The notes under the pieces: model-generated | What the model was told of the DNA's origin: nothing | Database searches by the model: none | What the model saw: only the letters and a program-made list of their open reading frames with translations | Shown here: positions 30,345 through 45,771 of the stretch, one piece after another | Numbering within the stretch: the first letter of the stretch is position 1 | Layout: each line of letters starts with the position of its first letter | DNA from: the human T2T-CHM13v2.0 reference genome, Homo sapiens | Assembly: GCF_009914755.1 (NCBI RefSeq) | Contig: NC_060926.1 | Length of the DNA stretch: 64,000 nt | Reading direction: 5' to 3' (one strand) | Position numbers and translations under genes: made by a program

Positions 30345-30860
30345 TAAAGCCACGATTGCATGTTATCTTTTCTCTAAAATTTGTTCTACCTGCCAAGCAT
30401 AACTGATGACCCCCTATCAATGTGCCAATATCATTTTATTCACTTTGCTGATAAACTACTGATCATATTATACTATGGCTAATGGTCTATTTAACAGGTA
30501 TCATAACTGTAAGCTGAATACAATCATACTAAATTATAACCATCTGGAGGATAAGAACTATGTCTTATACATACTCGTATCTATCCTGGCTAGCACTGAA
30601 TCTAGAATATAATATGCATTCAACAAATATCTGTTGTCTTTCATTGATCCATGTATTTTTATTTTGTATTATAATAAAATTGATTCAGTTTTTAGAATAT
30701 ACTTACATATGAGTTGCGAGGGCTGTTTTTTCTACACAGATGACTTAATTTTTCCAATTGGTCTTTATGTATCCTCAAGAGGGCGCACTGATAGCAATCT
30801 ATCGACAAGGTAAGAAACGCTTCAACCAGACACAGGGAAATCTATTTACATGTTACTTAC

Positions 30861-31053
30861 CTAGCGTCCATGCAAAATAGTATTTGGGTCTGGCAGCCAA
30901 AAGAGAGATATACAGATAGATAATCTTTGTTGGCCACGAAGCTGTAGCTTGAAAATGCTCATCAATGTTGTACTCCACAGGTAATGTTGTACAGATGGTC
31001 AAGTGAAATAACAAGGACAGCCCACAAACTAAGAGCTTCTGAACAACCGCAGT
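30861..31053 (-). CDS. MBOAT2: MBOAT2 coding exon (likely exon 8), 193 bp, TAVVQKLL...RPKYYFAWTL(A)
   Basis: ttttcag|ACTGCG...ACGCTAG|gtaagt; MBOAT 'KYYFAW' motif. Confidence 0.97.
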
Positions 31054-32529
31054 CTGAAAAGCGCAAGGCGAGACTTCATCAACTTTATCCATGCTCCTTT
31101 TAATTCATTCTATGTATTATCGACAGATTAATCTTCCTGAATGGATCATCAGTCCTACAACTCTCCTGGTCAAAATTCAAGAGCTACATTGCACTTGGCA
31201 TTTAAAGTCTTCCATGGTCTCATGGTATGAACTTTTCCAACTGTATCTATAAGTACTACCTAGGGGTTATTGCTCAACTCATACTAAAATCTCCATTTTG
31301 TATTCAGAATTTTCAGGAAATAAAAAAATCTAAAAGCAAGCATAAGTGTATTGGTGTGAATGGAAGTGAATATAAAAAATTAACACTAATTACTTTTGGC
31401 AATAAATTTTATATGGATATATATATTTTTTCCATTGTGTCTTTTCTGTATTTTCCAAATTCTAGGCATCTCATGGATGTTATTTTTACAATAAACAATC
31501 TATGCATCTCTGTAAATCTGAAAGTTAACACAACTTTGTTCAAGAATAATAAAAACCAAAAGAGCTATACACCTGAGAAGAATAAGAATTTGCATAAAAG
31601 ACCCTGGTGAAAGGAAGAGGCTATTCTTAGCAATAGTGCGGTAAGGTCGCATCACCAACTCATGGTATTTTGTATTTTTACAACTCATGCTGTTTTTATA
31701 TTTGTAGAAGGCCAGAATATTTCAACTTCATTTGGTATAAAAGAGATTATATAGGCTAGGAAGAAAAAGAAACAAGCGAAGAGAAGGCTAGATCCAGATG
31801 AAGTATGCAACAAAATATCTGGATTTAGAAGTGCTCTATACAGTAACCAAATAGTATTCAAATTAACTGCAGTAATTTATCAATGAAGCTCCACATTTTA
31901 ACACTTTATATAATAGTGCCAGAAGAAAAGCTCCAAGACAAGAGCCAAAGCATATGCCGGATGCACTGCACTTCTGAGAACAGTATTTTATTATTGGTTG
32001 CTCCTGCGAGGTGGAACTCAGTGTTCAAGGACTCCTTGCAGCAGTTGTTATTCTCATTTTCCATTGTCTTTTATCCCTTTCTTTAATAAAATAAGGCTAC
32101 TCTTTCTTCAGTGCCTCCCAAATATCTTACCTATACATTTGAATTATGAGATTTTAAAATGGTAGAGAAAAAAATTGTAATTATAAATGAAGCAAGGTGA
32201 AATAAATGGCCCCATACTTTAATTTTAAAATGAGGCTTATCATTTTAGTAATGTAATAAGAAGTACTGTGGCCACGAGACTATATGGTTCTGAAGTAGGG
32301 CAGGGATATGGTGCTGCAACGAAAATGTAAAGAACACGAAAACAGCCTGTATCCTGAGAGGTGATATCCTCAGCCCCCTTCCCCTGCCCAGACCCAGAGT
32401 CCCAGCAGTCAAGTTTGTATGCCCTAGGCAGAAAACTGGAGAATCCTTCACCCAAAAAACCAAAGAGCCCCAGAGAAATAGCCTACAGACATCATGACAG
32501 AGACTGCCAAGTGTTTCCCAGGAGCCCTC

Positions 32530-32842
32530 CTCCCCTTCCTGCACAGAAAAGGAAGTTTCTCTTGGGTGCTTGGAAGTCTAGCTAAAGATGACACATCATA
32601 GCCTTTGGTGCACCCGAGTGTGGCTATATGATTAGGTTCTGGCCAATAGGATATGAGCAAAAGTAATATGTACAGGGAAGATGGAGCTTGGATCTCTAAC
32701 ACTTTGGGGCCCCCATATTATCAATGCACTGCTTACAGGTGAGCTGTCCCACATATAACATAAAAACAAATTTCCACCTTGTTTAAGTTCCTGTTATTTT
32801 GGTCCTTGTTTCAGCAGCCAAACCCATATCCTAACTGATGCA
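32530..32842 (+). mobile_element. MLT1 (MaLR) LTR fragment
   Basis: ttctggccaatagga...ttgtttaag...cagcagccaaa..atcctaactgatgca. Confidence 0.6.
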
Positions 32843-33999
32843 GATAGAGGAGAGAACAGTGGAGAGGTCCCCAACAGAAGAGCCAGTGGGCTCCGTGAGC
32901 ATCCTCCTTAGGATCCTGAGCATCTATGCACTTCACTGATGCACAAGGAGCTTCCAAATGCCCCTTGAGGGACTTATGACTAACTACCACTATTTGACTT
33001 TATAAAGTATATGCACGTGAAATTTAAATAAAATATATTATTAAAATGGTGGGAAAATACATGAAGAATATTTGCCATTATCAACAACCTCTGATTTAGG
33101 ATGTCTATAACCCAAAAGAGGAAAGTGATATTTTATGATAGTAAAACCCATAAAAACTCAGTGAAGTGATAGAATATATACATTTGTATTATTCTTTGTC
33201 AAGTTTGATTTACTACTATCACTTTTATAACATTTGATATTTTCAAGTATTTTACAAAGTCATTTGATCTTCATACAGTCTGTAAAATGGGGAAGACATT
33301 AAGATTCTCCTTTTGCAGACAAGGACTCATACACATTAAGTGATGTGCCGAAATGATGAGCCAAACTGGTCACTGACAGTCCAGCATCTTGACTCCTAGG
33401 CTTTTATTCTCCTTCCAGCATTCCCGAATAAACTTCTAAGAAGCTGTCTACAATTGTCTTTACCTTCTCTTACAGCAGGGAGACCACTAAAAGATTAAGT
33501 GGTCATCCTGGAGATACAAAACAGTCAGTGAAGAGACACCAATTTCAAGTCTGGAATCCCACTCAGTTTGATATGACATTTCTCAACACTTAACCAGTAA
33601 TAGAAAATATGAAGACAAAACACCTTTTTGGTATAAAATACAATGAGCGACATGGTAGGAAAGAGGTAATATACTATCTTTTGCAAGTGCAGGTACATTT
33701 CTACATTGACTCTTTGTTGCCCACACAGTGGAGGGTGGTAGATTTGCAGGAGAAAGAAGGTGACCCCTTGCTCTAAGCCCTACATTCACAGAAAACACAC
33801 CAGCCCCTTTCCTTCATCTCACAGACTTCCTGATTGGCCTATTCTTTTTCATGGAAACTTTATAGATTTTACCAGATGAAATCTAACAGAAACTTAGCCT
33901 ATACAGAGCCTCACTGCCTTTCTTTATGAAGCAGCATCCCAGCAATTTCAAGTGCCCCAGTGGCTTAAAGAAAATAAACATTATGTTTGGTTGTAAGGC

Positions 34000-34230
34000 A
34001 ACTTAGCATAGACTTGAAACCAGATTGCACTGGTTTGAATTCCAGTTCTACTGCCAACCTGGGGAATCTTGGTCAAATCACTTAGCCTCTGAGTCTCAGT
34101 TTCCTCAATGGTGAGAAAAACAGTGTCTACCTTGTATGAATGCTGTGAAGGCTGAAAGAGTAACTACGTGTGAGGTGCACACCACAGTGCCTGGCACATG
34201 GTGAGCACTGTCAAAGTGTTAGCTATTATT
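34000..34230 (+). mobile_element. MIR
   Basis: tttgaattccagttctact...ctctgagtctcagtttcctca...acagtgcctggcacatggtgagcac. Confidence 0.75.
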
Positions 34231-34782
34231 AATATCTTTATCATATTACTAATCTCTTCATTGTGGGAATCAGGAGCTGTTTTGTGGAAAAAGGTGGTAT
34301 TTGAAGTAGGCTTTTAAAGAGAAGAAAGATTTCAACTTGCAATAATTAAGAAGAGGAGAGGGAAAGCAAAAAAGAAATGGAGGATACAGAGTGTTTACAA
34401 TCTGCTGGAACACAAGGCATAGGTAAGAAAGAAATAAGAAAGAAAGAAAAGGAAGGGAAGGAAAGGGGGAAGGGGGAAGGGGGAAGGGAGCCTGGAAAAT
34501 TGTTAGGCTGGCCAATTCCATGCTAAGAGCTTTCTTGTAAAATCCCCTATAACCATAAAGCATTATTCTCACTGAGGAATTTACCACATAGTTTCTCAAG
34601 TGACCTTATTTGTGTTCTTAATCATGACTGTACTTCTACCAGGTGCAGTGTGAAGTTATTTATCTTGAAAAGTATTTTTAAAGAAACAGATGGATAAGTT
34701 CACAATGTGAAAATATTTGTATCTTTAAATAAGACTAACCAATACATGCTGTAAAGGCTCCAGATAAATCTCATGACCTTAC

Positions 34783-34966
34783 ATTTGGAGATGGCTCTGT
34801 TCTTTCATACTGTGTCTCTTCTTTTCCATTTTCACCAGATTGTGTGATATGGTATGATCTGCCTTCAATGAAAGTAATGTAGTCTTTGTAAGAGCAAAGT
34901 GGGCCTGCCAGGATCCCCATGAAGTTACAGTTGTAACTCAAATACTCCAGTAAGCTTGGCATGCGC
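34783..34966 (-). CDS. MBOAT2: MBOAT2 coding exon (likely exon 7), 184 bp, RMPSLLEYLSY...GILAGP...TEPSPN
   Basis: ttgcag|GCGCATG...CCAAAT|gtaagg; carries the MBOAT 'YLSY...AGP' motif; within ORF 34771..35043. Confidence 0.97.
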
Positions 34967-35259
34967 CTGCAATGAAAAGACATGCAACCAGTGAGATGCA
35001 GCATAAGCTTCAGAACATCTGATAGAATAACGATCCACCTCACTGCTCTCCATTTCCAAAGTAAAACAAGCTTTCATTTTCATTTGTACCCATACAATAA
35101 GAATTTTAAGGATCAGAACATAGTCATGCTCAAAAGTATGTCTGAATAAGAGTTTCTATACAGATCCTTATGAGCAAATATGAAGGTTTCAACTTAGATT
35201 TCTCACGATGAGACAAATCAAAGATGGACGCACTATCTGCAAAGTGCTGTCTCCTCCTA

Positions 35260-36000
35260 GGCAATCATTTGCTCTTCTAACAAACACGTGCTGTGCACTG
35301 TGTGCCCCACCTGCTGCAGGGCCTGGATACGGCAGTAAACAAAGGAGAGGACAATCCTGCATCCACAGAGCTTGCATACTGGTTGCAGAAAACAATAATA
35401 AAATTTATAAAACATATTTTCAGAAGTGCTAAGTGTTACAAAAAGAAGGAACTCTTTTATTCTATTAAGAAGTCAGAGAAGGCCTCTCTGGTAAGGTGAC
35501 AGTTGAGCAGAGACCAGGAAGAAGTGAGAGGAGTTGTGTGGATGTTGGTGACAGGGGTTCCAGGCAGAGGGAATGATGCGTGAAGACCCCTGAGCTGGGC
35601 ACGGCTGGCAGCAAGGCAGCCGTGGGGCTGGAGCAGAGTGGACCCGGGGGAAGAGGTGGGAGCAGGGAAGACAGCTGAGGTGAGATCAGATGGGGCTTGC
35701 CTTACAAGCCATGGCAGGAACTTCAGATTTTATTCTGACTGAAATGAAAAAACACAGCAGGGGTTTAAAAGATCTGTCTCAATGCGTCACTCCAGCCCAT
35801 GTGTGGGGCTCCTGCGGTCTCCAGGCAGGAGGTGACAATGGCTGGAGGAGGGGGCAGATGCTCTGCACGTATCCTGGCAGTGGAGCCTGAAGGCTGCGGA
35901 GGGATTGGCTGTGAGGTGGAGGAGAAAAGGGAGTCAAGTCAATTCCACTCCTTAGAGGTCTGTCCAAATGATACATGGTACCTATGGGTAACAGTGAAAA
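35260..36000 (-). mobile_element. L2 fragment
   Basis: gaaggcctctctg..aggtgacagttgagcagaga, a typical L2 segment. Confidence 0.55.
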
Positions 36001-36275
36001 TGGGTAGTTAACACAGGAGACTATTTAGACTATTTATGTTACCATATAAATGAATAAGGAGTGTATTTAAAAAAAACAGCTGCATTAAGAAAGCCTACTG
36101 TCCACTGTTAATGATAAACCATCACAAAGAAAGCACAACTGCACCTGTGGACAGCAGGCAGGCTTCTTGAACATGTTACAGTCCATGCTCCTCTCTGAAT
36201 ATGATAAGCTCTCTCCTTAAAAAATACAAACACTCTTGTGGACAAGAGAGGTTGAGAGAATACCCTCATAAACAG

Positions 36276-36398
36276 TTTTTTAAAGAGCTAGGTCTTGTTA
36301 TGTTGCCCAGGCTGGACTCAAACTCCTGAGCTCAAGCAATCCTTCTGCCTTGGCCTCCTGAGTAGCTGGGATGACAAGCACACACCACCTTGCCTAGC
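36276..36398 (-). mobile_element. Alu monomer (FLAM-like)
   Basis: tgttgcccaggctggactcaaactcctgagctcaagcaatcc... Confidence 0.8.
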
Positions 36399-36531
36399 TT
36401 AGCATATATTATTTTTCTTTGATAAATTAAATAGAACAAAATAGTGATTCCTGTCCATCTGATACTATCTGGGTTACCACTCAGCCCAAACTACTTTTCT
36501 AACTTTTCCAGAATTATTTTTCCACTTTTAA

Positions 36532-36924
<393 letters not shown>

Positions 36925-37314
36925 TCAGTTCTTTCTATTTAATGATGAAACAGCATGCTTTCTCACTGTATCAAAGACCAGGGTAAGTACCCTGCAGTCA
37001 CAAGGTTACAAAAGAACTCCTTGTACTCTAGCAGCAGAGCTCCATTCTCAATACCAATTATTTTAACACCAAGTCAAACTATGTATCACCGTTAGCAAGG
37101 ACAGGAGATAGTTCTAAACCATGAAACTGGCTTAAGTAATTTTTGGCTCAACTGTCATATCAAACAACAAGTCATTTTAGGTACCGAAGTAAGTAACTGT
37201 ATTTATTTATAAAATGAGAACTTAAGTCTAATTGTAATGTATAATATCAAACAAAAGACTCATTCATTCATTCCATTGCTATTTCATATCAACTATGTGT
37301 TGTCTCAAGCTTGG

Positions 37315-37520
37315 GCTTCTCGTGTACAGAATTATTGACACTTTGGGCCCATGATTCTCTGTGGTGGGGTCCCCTGTGCAGTGCAGGGTGTTTAGCAGCA
37401 CCCCTAGGCGCTACCCACCGGACGCCAGTAGCACCACCCGCCTCAGCAGTAACAACCAAAAGTGTCTAGACATTGTCAGCTGACTCTTGGAGGCGAAATC
37501 ACTCCAAATAATGACCACGG
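37315..37520 (+). mobile_element. MER20 (hAT) element
   Basis: tattgacactttggg...tgtttagcagcacccct...gacgccagtagcacc...aaccaaaagtgtctagacattg. Confidence 0.8.
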
Positions 37521-37524
37521 TTTG

Positions 37525-39350
37525 GATGATGGGGACAATAAATGAGACAAAGTTCCTGTCCTCAGTGACAGGGGCAGGGAGAGGGACAATTAAAACAAAT
37601 GTCTTGTATAACATCAGACAGTAATACCTACTATGAGGAAAACAAAGCGGAGCAAAGGGACGGAAAGTGATGGCAGGAAGGGAGGGGTATTTTTGATAGA
37701 GTGAGCTGCACAGTTAAGAATGAATTGAGTGAGGAAGCGTGGTCGAGCTCTGGGCTCTTCCTGGGCCTTATAATGCTGTGGTCAGGGGTTTGTAATTCTA
37801 TTCTAAATTATAGGGGAAGCCACTGGAGGATTTTCATCAGGGGACAGGAGTAATATAATCCAATGCACATTAAAAGCTTCCCTGGCTGCTAGCTGAAAAG
37901 TAGGCTGCACAGGGCATGGGAGAAAATAGGGAAGCCAGGAAGGAAAGCTACCACAGCAGACCAAGCAGAAAATGAGGGTTTGTACTGGGATGTGACGGGT
38001 GGAAGAGGTGAAAATCAGTCAGATTAGAGATTAATTTTAAAGGAAGGGCTAACTTGACTTGCTGGTGAAATGGATTTGCTGTAAGAAAATGGAAGTCCCC
38101 CCAAGCCACCAGTGATAATGGTACTGCTATTAGCTAACTGGGTGAAAATGGTGGAGGAACAGATGCGGGAGGAGGAAGGAGGAGGGAGACAAATCAGAAG
38201 TTCTGTTTTGAACATGTTCTGTTCGAGCTGCCTGTCACTATCCATACAAAGACCTTGAAATGGCAGTTGGATAAATGAGGCTGGAGCCGAGGGGAGTGGA
38301 TTGGGCGGGAATATAAATTAAGGAGCCTTCAAACACGAAGATGGCCTTTCAAGCCAATGGATGTGACCACCTGGAGAAAACGAAGTCCAGGGCTGAGGCC
38401 AGGCTAGTGGTAAGGCAGAAGCAGGGGCAGAGGATGCAGCAGAAGAGACAGAGAGAAAGAGCCAGTGAAGGAGGAGAAAAATTGAAAGAAGGGAGTGTCC
38501 TGGAAGGAAGTGAAGAAGGTATTTCAGAAGAGTGGCCAACTGGCCAATGCTGCGAGGTTCAGCATCATGTAAAAAGGCTGACAGTGAAATCGGCCAAGAT
38601 TAAGGGCAATCTTGAAAGAATGAGTTCAGACCAAGAGTGGGCACAAAAACCTGAATGCAGGGGGCTGAGGGGAGAATGAGGGGAGACACTGAATGTCGAC
38701 AAAGCCTTCAAGAAGTGCTCCTCTAAAGGAACATGCAGTAATGGGGTGATGGCCAGAAGGGAATGAGAGGTGTCATGAGCTTGTTCTGTTCAGGTGGTGG
38801 GGATGGCCCAACAGAGAGGGAGAAATCAGTGAGTGAACAGGCAGGAGTAACTGACGCAGCTAAATCCTTGAGAAGGAAGTGAACTCCGTGCAGCAGTGAG
38901 AAGCTGGCCTTCGATTAGATGATGGACAGCTAGTACTTGACACCAGGAAAGAAAGTAGAGCACTGTGTTATAGATTCAGGCAGCATGGGAGATTTGGTGG
39001 TTGCAGAATCAAAGTAGGATTGCTTTTTTTTCTCTCCAAAAAATAAAATTTTGCTACCAACATGAGTATGGGGGACGGTGTGTTAGAAGTCTGGGAGGAA
39101 GGAGACTATATCATCTTAGAAGAGTGTGGGCAAGTGAGTGGACTGAGGAAATGCAGTACTACTGGCGATACTAAGGATCCTAATTTTAAATTGGGGTAAT
39201 AAATTCAAAATGAGTCCAGTCAGCAAGACAGTGTTTTTCTACTCAGCATTCTTCCCCTGTTCAGGTAGGTGAAGAGGTGGGGTTACCCAGGTCTGGGGAT
39301 TTGCTCTCGATGTGAGAGGCACAGGGGAAATGGCAGCTGAGTGTCTGTAA
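37525..39350 (-). mobile_element. L2 remnant
   Basis: Purine-rich on +, with L2-type segments (tgttttgaacatgtt, agttggata...tggag). Approximate boundaries. Confidence 0.55.
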
Positions 39351-40263
39351 ATGAATAGCTACTGGGATGGCACAAGGGCTCCTAAAGATCAAAGAACCAA
39401 GACCAAATCAACCTCTCGTCAGGAAAGCTACTCAAGTGTCTATTTATTGATACATAAAGATTGACTATAGGGGATATCAGAATAGAACATTTTTAAAGAC
39501 AGGAAAATACAAAAAGACCCCCAAGACATGCTACTTGGGATGAAAGATGAATACTTAGTGTAGTTCTAAATAATATCACAAACAATCTCATTCTTCTAGC
39601 AGCTATGCACTTATTCATTCTAGATTTGGAAACAACGTAATCTGTGGGAAATTTTTCTTTAAGTATAATGAGTATTCCATCTCAAATTATATTAGTTGAG
39701 ATAGACACTGTGAAATTAAGCCATTCCTTAGATTAGTCATCAGAGTGCCTTTAATAAATGAAGTAGAAGCTTATCCCAGAATGAATTCCTCAAATAATAA
39801 TGAGAATTATCTGACTGGTTCTTTATTATTTCAAAATATGGCATCGATGTGCTATATTAATGTATTATATCTTAGCCCAGTACCTGCCATCAAGTTATTG
39901 GCCTGTAAATGGTAGCTGCTATTATTACCAGTAATTACTACATGGCAGACATGAAGACAATACTATCCTCCTGTCTTCAAGGAACTCAGAGTCTCATAGG
40001 GATGAAAACTTTAGCAGCTAACCTCGTGGCCCATAGGAGGCGCAAATGTACAATCGCAGAGGCAGGGTGCTACAGGAGCCCTAGAAGGGATGCCCAGGCC
40101 TGCCCAGCAGGCTTTGGCAGGAGGGAAGTGCATGGAGAGAGTGAGGCTTGATTTTCAGAAGTAAGTACCTCTAGAAGGACTAGTCAGCCTCAGCCACAGA
40201 AGGAACGTGGGTCCTAGGCAGGGGCGCAGGAAGCATGGCAGAATAGGATGCAAAGGCACGTAC

Positions 40264-40318
40264 CTTACAGCTAAATCCCTCTGTGAGGAAGTCAGTTCTT
40301 CATCCTTCCGAAACATCC
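40264..40318 (-). CDS. MBOAT2: MBOAT2 coding exon (likely exon 6), 55 bp, GMFRKDEELTSSQRDLAV(R)
   Basis: tttctcag|GGATGTTT...GCTGTAAG|gtacgt; lies within ORF 40155..40346. Confidence 0.96.
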
Positions 40319-41656
40319 CTGAGAAACAAAAATAGGTACTCATCAATTAAGATTTCTCCCCAAAATGGCATTTTTGCCCATGCACACTTTCATTACTTTC
40401 CTCATTTGAAATTCATGCTATTATATTCCTAATTTTGATATAATGACTGTTCCTTTCCTTCTCATGGCAACACAGCCTCGATCATGTGAAAAGTCTCTAT
40501 AAAATAACACATGGTTGGGTATCTGACTCCACTCTAAGGGGAGTTATAATTAAAGAATTCCCAAATGCTGGCACTTTAAAAATTATAATGTTATTATCCT
40601 TAATCGTAAATGCTATGACTTTTCGAAAAGGGGCATTACAATTTTTCTATTATGGGATGACTTAAATGACTACACATGAGTACTATAAACTAGAAGATCA
40701 ACCTAAAGCAAAGAGCAATTTCCTTACTCCTCCATGACTCCAATGCATGAAAACCAAACTCAAATACATCATCTTCATCCATCTATTTACGTTTCTCTTC
40801 AAAGAGGAGGATATATTATTTAAGATTACACATCAATTTACTAGATCCATATGCTTTAAAAATATATACCTCAAATCCAATTTAAAGACCAAAGGGGAAT
40901 GAAATTAAAAAGCAAATAGCAACATTAATATTAATAAATTAATAAACTAATATTAGTAAAGTAGTAATATTCCCCCAAAGAACCAAAGCTAAAGCAATTA
41001 AAAAACAGTGAAATAAATAGACAAAACTAAAAACATGAAAAGACAAATCGTAGAATACATGTAGCCAACTAACGTGAAATGTTAATTTCACGATTAATAA
41101 TGTTTTCATTATAAATCATTACATGTACATTAAAAGAGCAAGATGCCATTTTCACCTATTACAAGTATGCAGAAATTTTAAAGGGCTCTTACTCATATAA
41201 TACAATCTAAATTATGTAAAACACACATTTTATGTATTTTATATGTATATAAAACAAAGATGAGAAGAAAATAATTACTGTCTTAAAATGCCTCAGGAAC
41301 TATTCTATGCACTGAGGAAAGAGCAGACGAAAAACAAACTCCCTGCTTTTATAGCACTTATATTCTAGTAGGGAGACAGAAGATAAACAAATAAATGAGG
41401 TACCAAGAGGAACTCACATCATCTTGCTGTAAACCAGTATAGCAAACACTTTAGAAATCTTTCTACCTTCTATTCCTACAACTCTAGCCCTAAGGAAATA
41501 ACTGAAGGTGTGATTCAAGATTTATGACAAGGATCATCACAACTTTATACGTAATAGCAGAAAAAAAGTAACAACCTATATATGCAACAATTGGGGAATG
41601 GGAATATATTACACATTCCACTTTTGACAATTATGTAAAAAGAAAACCATGCCTCA

Positions 41657-41979
<323 letters not shown>

Positions 41980-42744
41980 CTCTGAGAAATGTTGGGGGAG
42001 GGACATGGAAGATTATTTTTTCTTCGTATTTCCAATTTGTATTTTTCAAATTTTCCTCAATGATCACATACCTACTTTTTATAATCAGGAGGAAAAAAAC
42101 ACTTAAAAAAAAAGATGATCGAAGATTAGAGAACGGTAAAACATTATCAGGATTTAAACCCCAAAAAAGGGTAATTCCTACTTGTGACAATTCTACTTTC
42201 TTCCCCCATATCAGATATATGTTGTCCACCTTTTCCTTAAAAAAAAAAAAAAAAGAGCCATCTTTAGAAATGAGGATAAGTATTCAATTTTTAAAAACTC
42301 CTTATCCTTTTTTCCCTCATGCTTTTACCAGGCAAGTGACATGTTAATAGCCTTCTTTGTGATTTCAAGCTTTGCCATACATAAACTATGTCATTATATT
42401 TAGTCAGCATTTCCAAGTGTTTGGCATAGGGTGGGCCTCTACACCAGTTCAGTCTGCCATGTTGCTCAGAGAAGCGATTACTGCTTTCGAAGTGTAAACT
42501 AACCAAGAAAAGTAGACACAGAGCTTAAAGGATAGAGTTGCATAGAACAAACTTGTGTCAAAAGTCTACACGCACAACAAACCCAGCCTTCCTTCTCAGT
42601 TCAAAACTTGGGAACTGGCCAAAAGAATCAACAAAAACCAATTAAAGACAAGATATCATTTTTTAAAGCTAGAAGTCTAACCAAGTCCAAGTGAGGCAGT
42701 GCAGCAAACAATGGGGTATGACAAGACTTCTGAGCCCTGGCATG

Positions 42745-43260
42745 ACACCACATTGCAGGTGGAGACTGAAAGCCTGCCACTGCTGCTGTGTCTAACAGCT
42801 GATACGGGTAGTCCAGTGATTCTACTCTGCTGCTTAGTTACCCTGAACATACCATTTTTTCACTGAATTAATGGAATGGCGTATCTTCCACTGTTTAGTA
42901 CTTATGTATGAATAGGTAAAAGAAAATGATTGCTTATCATTTTCATGTAAATTCGGAGTCAGGAATCATGGCGATGCCAAACAACCACTGATTATCTCCA
43001 TGGGTGGCTGCGATAGTGGCACCTTTGGTTTCTGATGGTTCAATGTACACACATTTTGTTTTATGCACAAAATTATTAAAAATAATGTATAAATTACCTT
43101 CAGTCTATGTGTATAAGGTATATATAAAACAAATTAATTCTGTGTTTAGACTTGGGTCCCAAGATATCTCATTACATGTATGCAAATATTCCAAAACCCG
43201 AATAAATCCAAAATCGGAAACACTTTTCTCAAGTATTTCATATACGAGATATTCAACCTG
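42745..43260 (+). mobile_element. Tigger4/Zombi-like DNA transposon fragment
   Basis: Ends in the TIR gatattcaacctg followed by TA; internal sequence resembles Tigger4b. Confidence 0.7.
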
Positions 43261-43644
43261 TACAAACATTCTGTTAGGTTCAAGTATTCCTATTGTGAGG
43301 TGACATCAATGAAGCTGCCAGCAAGACAACCAGCTACACTATCCCTAAAGGCCACAGTACAAGCCAGACTTCATGAGCAAACATGCCAGCAGGTTATTTT
43401 AGTCATTCATCCTAAGCCCTCAGCAATCTCATATACATGATTCAAAGCCAGAAAGGCAAGCAGGCTCTATTATATGAGGGTGATGAAATGTCTTAAAAAC
43501 CATGCCTAGAAATACCCAAAGATAAAATAACACCTGCTTCCTGAAGATGCAAATATGAATGATGCCACTGGATTGATAGTTGAAAAACAGACACAGCTGT
43601 AGGTAATTTATTTGGTTTCATCTAGGGGTGGTCCTGAACCAGGC

Positions 43645-44179
43645 TGTGCAGAAACAAGTTAACATAGTTCTGAGAATGCTATCCTTAGAAAGGCCTGCTT
43701 ATGAGGTGTGCCCACGGCTGGTGTATGAGAACTTGGCTGGTCCACAGTCCCCTACACCGATAGGAAATGTCCCCTATGTCTAGCCTATTTGTGCCAACAA
43801 TGTGGTTTATTCTGAACACCTGCTTTCCTTCTGGGAGCCTGGAATTTTGGTGTGCGCTAGGCAGCGGGGGCCTATGTGACCAGCCCCCAGTAAAAACTTT
43901 GGGTGCTGAGCGTCTAAAGAGCTTCCCTGATGGACACTTCACAGGTGTTGTCACAATCTGTTGCTGGGGGAAATAAGTCCGTTCTCTGTGACTCCCCTGG
44001 GAGAGGACTTCTGGAAACTTGTGCCTGGTTTCTTCCAGACTTCATTACAGGCACCTTTGTACTTTATTGACTTTGCTTGGAATCTTTTCACTGTAATAAA
44101 TGTTAGCCTTGAATTCAACTACATGCTCAGTCCTGTGAATCACCAAACTGGGAGTGGTCTTGGGGTCCCCCAATACACA
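43645..44179 (+). mobile_element. Solo LTR, MER21-like
   Basis: TG...CA ends; tgtgcagaaa..gttaacatag...gctatccttagaaaggcctgc start; AATAAA near the 3' end. Family name from memory. Confidence 0.72.
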
Positions 44180-45771
44180 GATAATAAGGCCCTTCTCTGA
44201 AAGATTAGCTGAGAAAATATGGCTTAGACAGGGTTCAATCTATCCCTTGGGAATAAAGGGGTAGGTGGTATGGGATGTGGCAGGCCTGCAGCAAACTGTC
44301 TCAGAGGATGTACTGAAGCAAACTGGAAGAGGAACCTAGTTTGAAAAGTTAAAGTGTATGAACTCCTCAAATGCTGCCAAGACTAATCACAATCTAAACT
44401 GTTCTAAAGAGATAATTACCATTAAATCCATTTAAAAGAACAGGTTACAAAATGGGGTTTGTTGTTCTTCTGAGTTGAATATATATATTGTCATCAGATA
44501 CTTCTAGATCTATGGACAAAATTATATCCTTGATCCACGACTTTCCTATATTCTCTTTCCAGTGTCACAGGAGTAATCTGTTACCAGCATACTACAGAAG
44601 TTCTAGCACCTGAAGATAATTATAGGCTTTTACCTACAGTGTTTCCTAGTGTAAGTTTTATTATAACTACAGTCTAGTAACAGGGTCGAGTGAGTTTCAC
44701 CCACTTCATTGATCACAATGCAAGAACTACAAGACACTGTGCATAAATTATAATCCAAGAAAAAACCCTCCAAGCTGAATCATACTGTTAATTGACAAAG
44801 GAGAAAACTGAAGCAGTAAGAAGCTGAACTGGAATCTGAGCGTACATCTGCCCATCCATCAAAACCCACACTCCAACCACATCCTCATGTTCCCTCCTGT
44901 ATGCAGAATTTTCCCTCAGTGGTGTTTCTTTTTCTGAAGGGCAGAAAGATAGTTGCTGTTTAACCTGCAGACTTGATTAAACAAGTAGCAGAGAGTTTTT
45001 AATCTACCTCCTTCCCTCCACCACCCCCTCAAAAAACTAAGTGTTAATTTTGCTTGTTAGTAGCCAGAGGGGACAAGAGGAAAAATTCTCCTCTCTCTCT
45101 CTCTGCACTGTACTGTCAAGGCTGGTTCTCTGACAATAAGAGGGAAAACCTGCCCGGGGAGTGGGCACAGGATGGGTGGAGACACAGTAGGGCTCAAACT
45201 CATCTCAAAAGCTCCGCAGGCTACATACAAATGACCATTCTAACAAGGATGCTTCGTTTCTTCAGTCTTCGAAGGAATCAGAGCCCAAATCTCACGACTC
45301 AGAGTCCTGTTAGGCCAGGACTAGATGTCCACTCACTGAAGACAGAAATATTTCTAATAAAAATACATGGAAACAGGTAATTATGAATGTGTGTATATCA
45401 AGGAGAAGAGGTGGGGGAAGGCACATAAATTATAATAAAAATTTAACGAGGAGCTGAAGCAGGAAATAATAAAACCTGATCTAGACCAAATGTCTCTTTC
45501 CTTTATATGTCAAATTATCACTACTGTGGGCCATATGACTAAATCACACTATTCTACTGTCACTGCACTGAATTCAAAACGAAGATAAAACACTGAAGGA
45601 AAGCAAGAAAGCAAGCATTTTTCATAATCCTAAGCACAGTTAAGTATATTTCCCTATCTTACCTCCCTCCATTTCCTTACTCTAATAGCAGAAAGTTATG
45701 GCAATATCTCAAGCAAAAGATTATTGGAATTAAATTTTTTCAGCAATAAAAATTAATTTCAGAATTCTTAC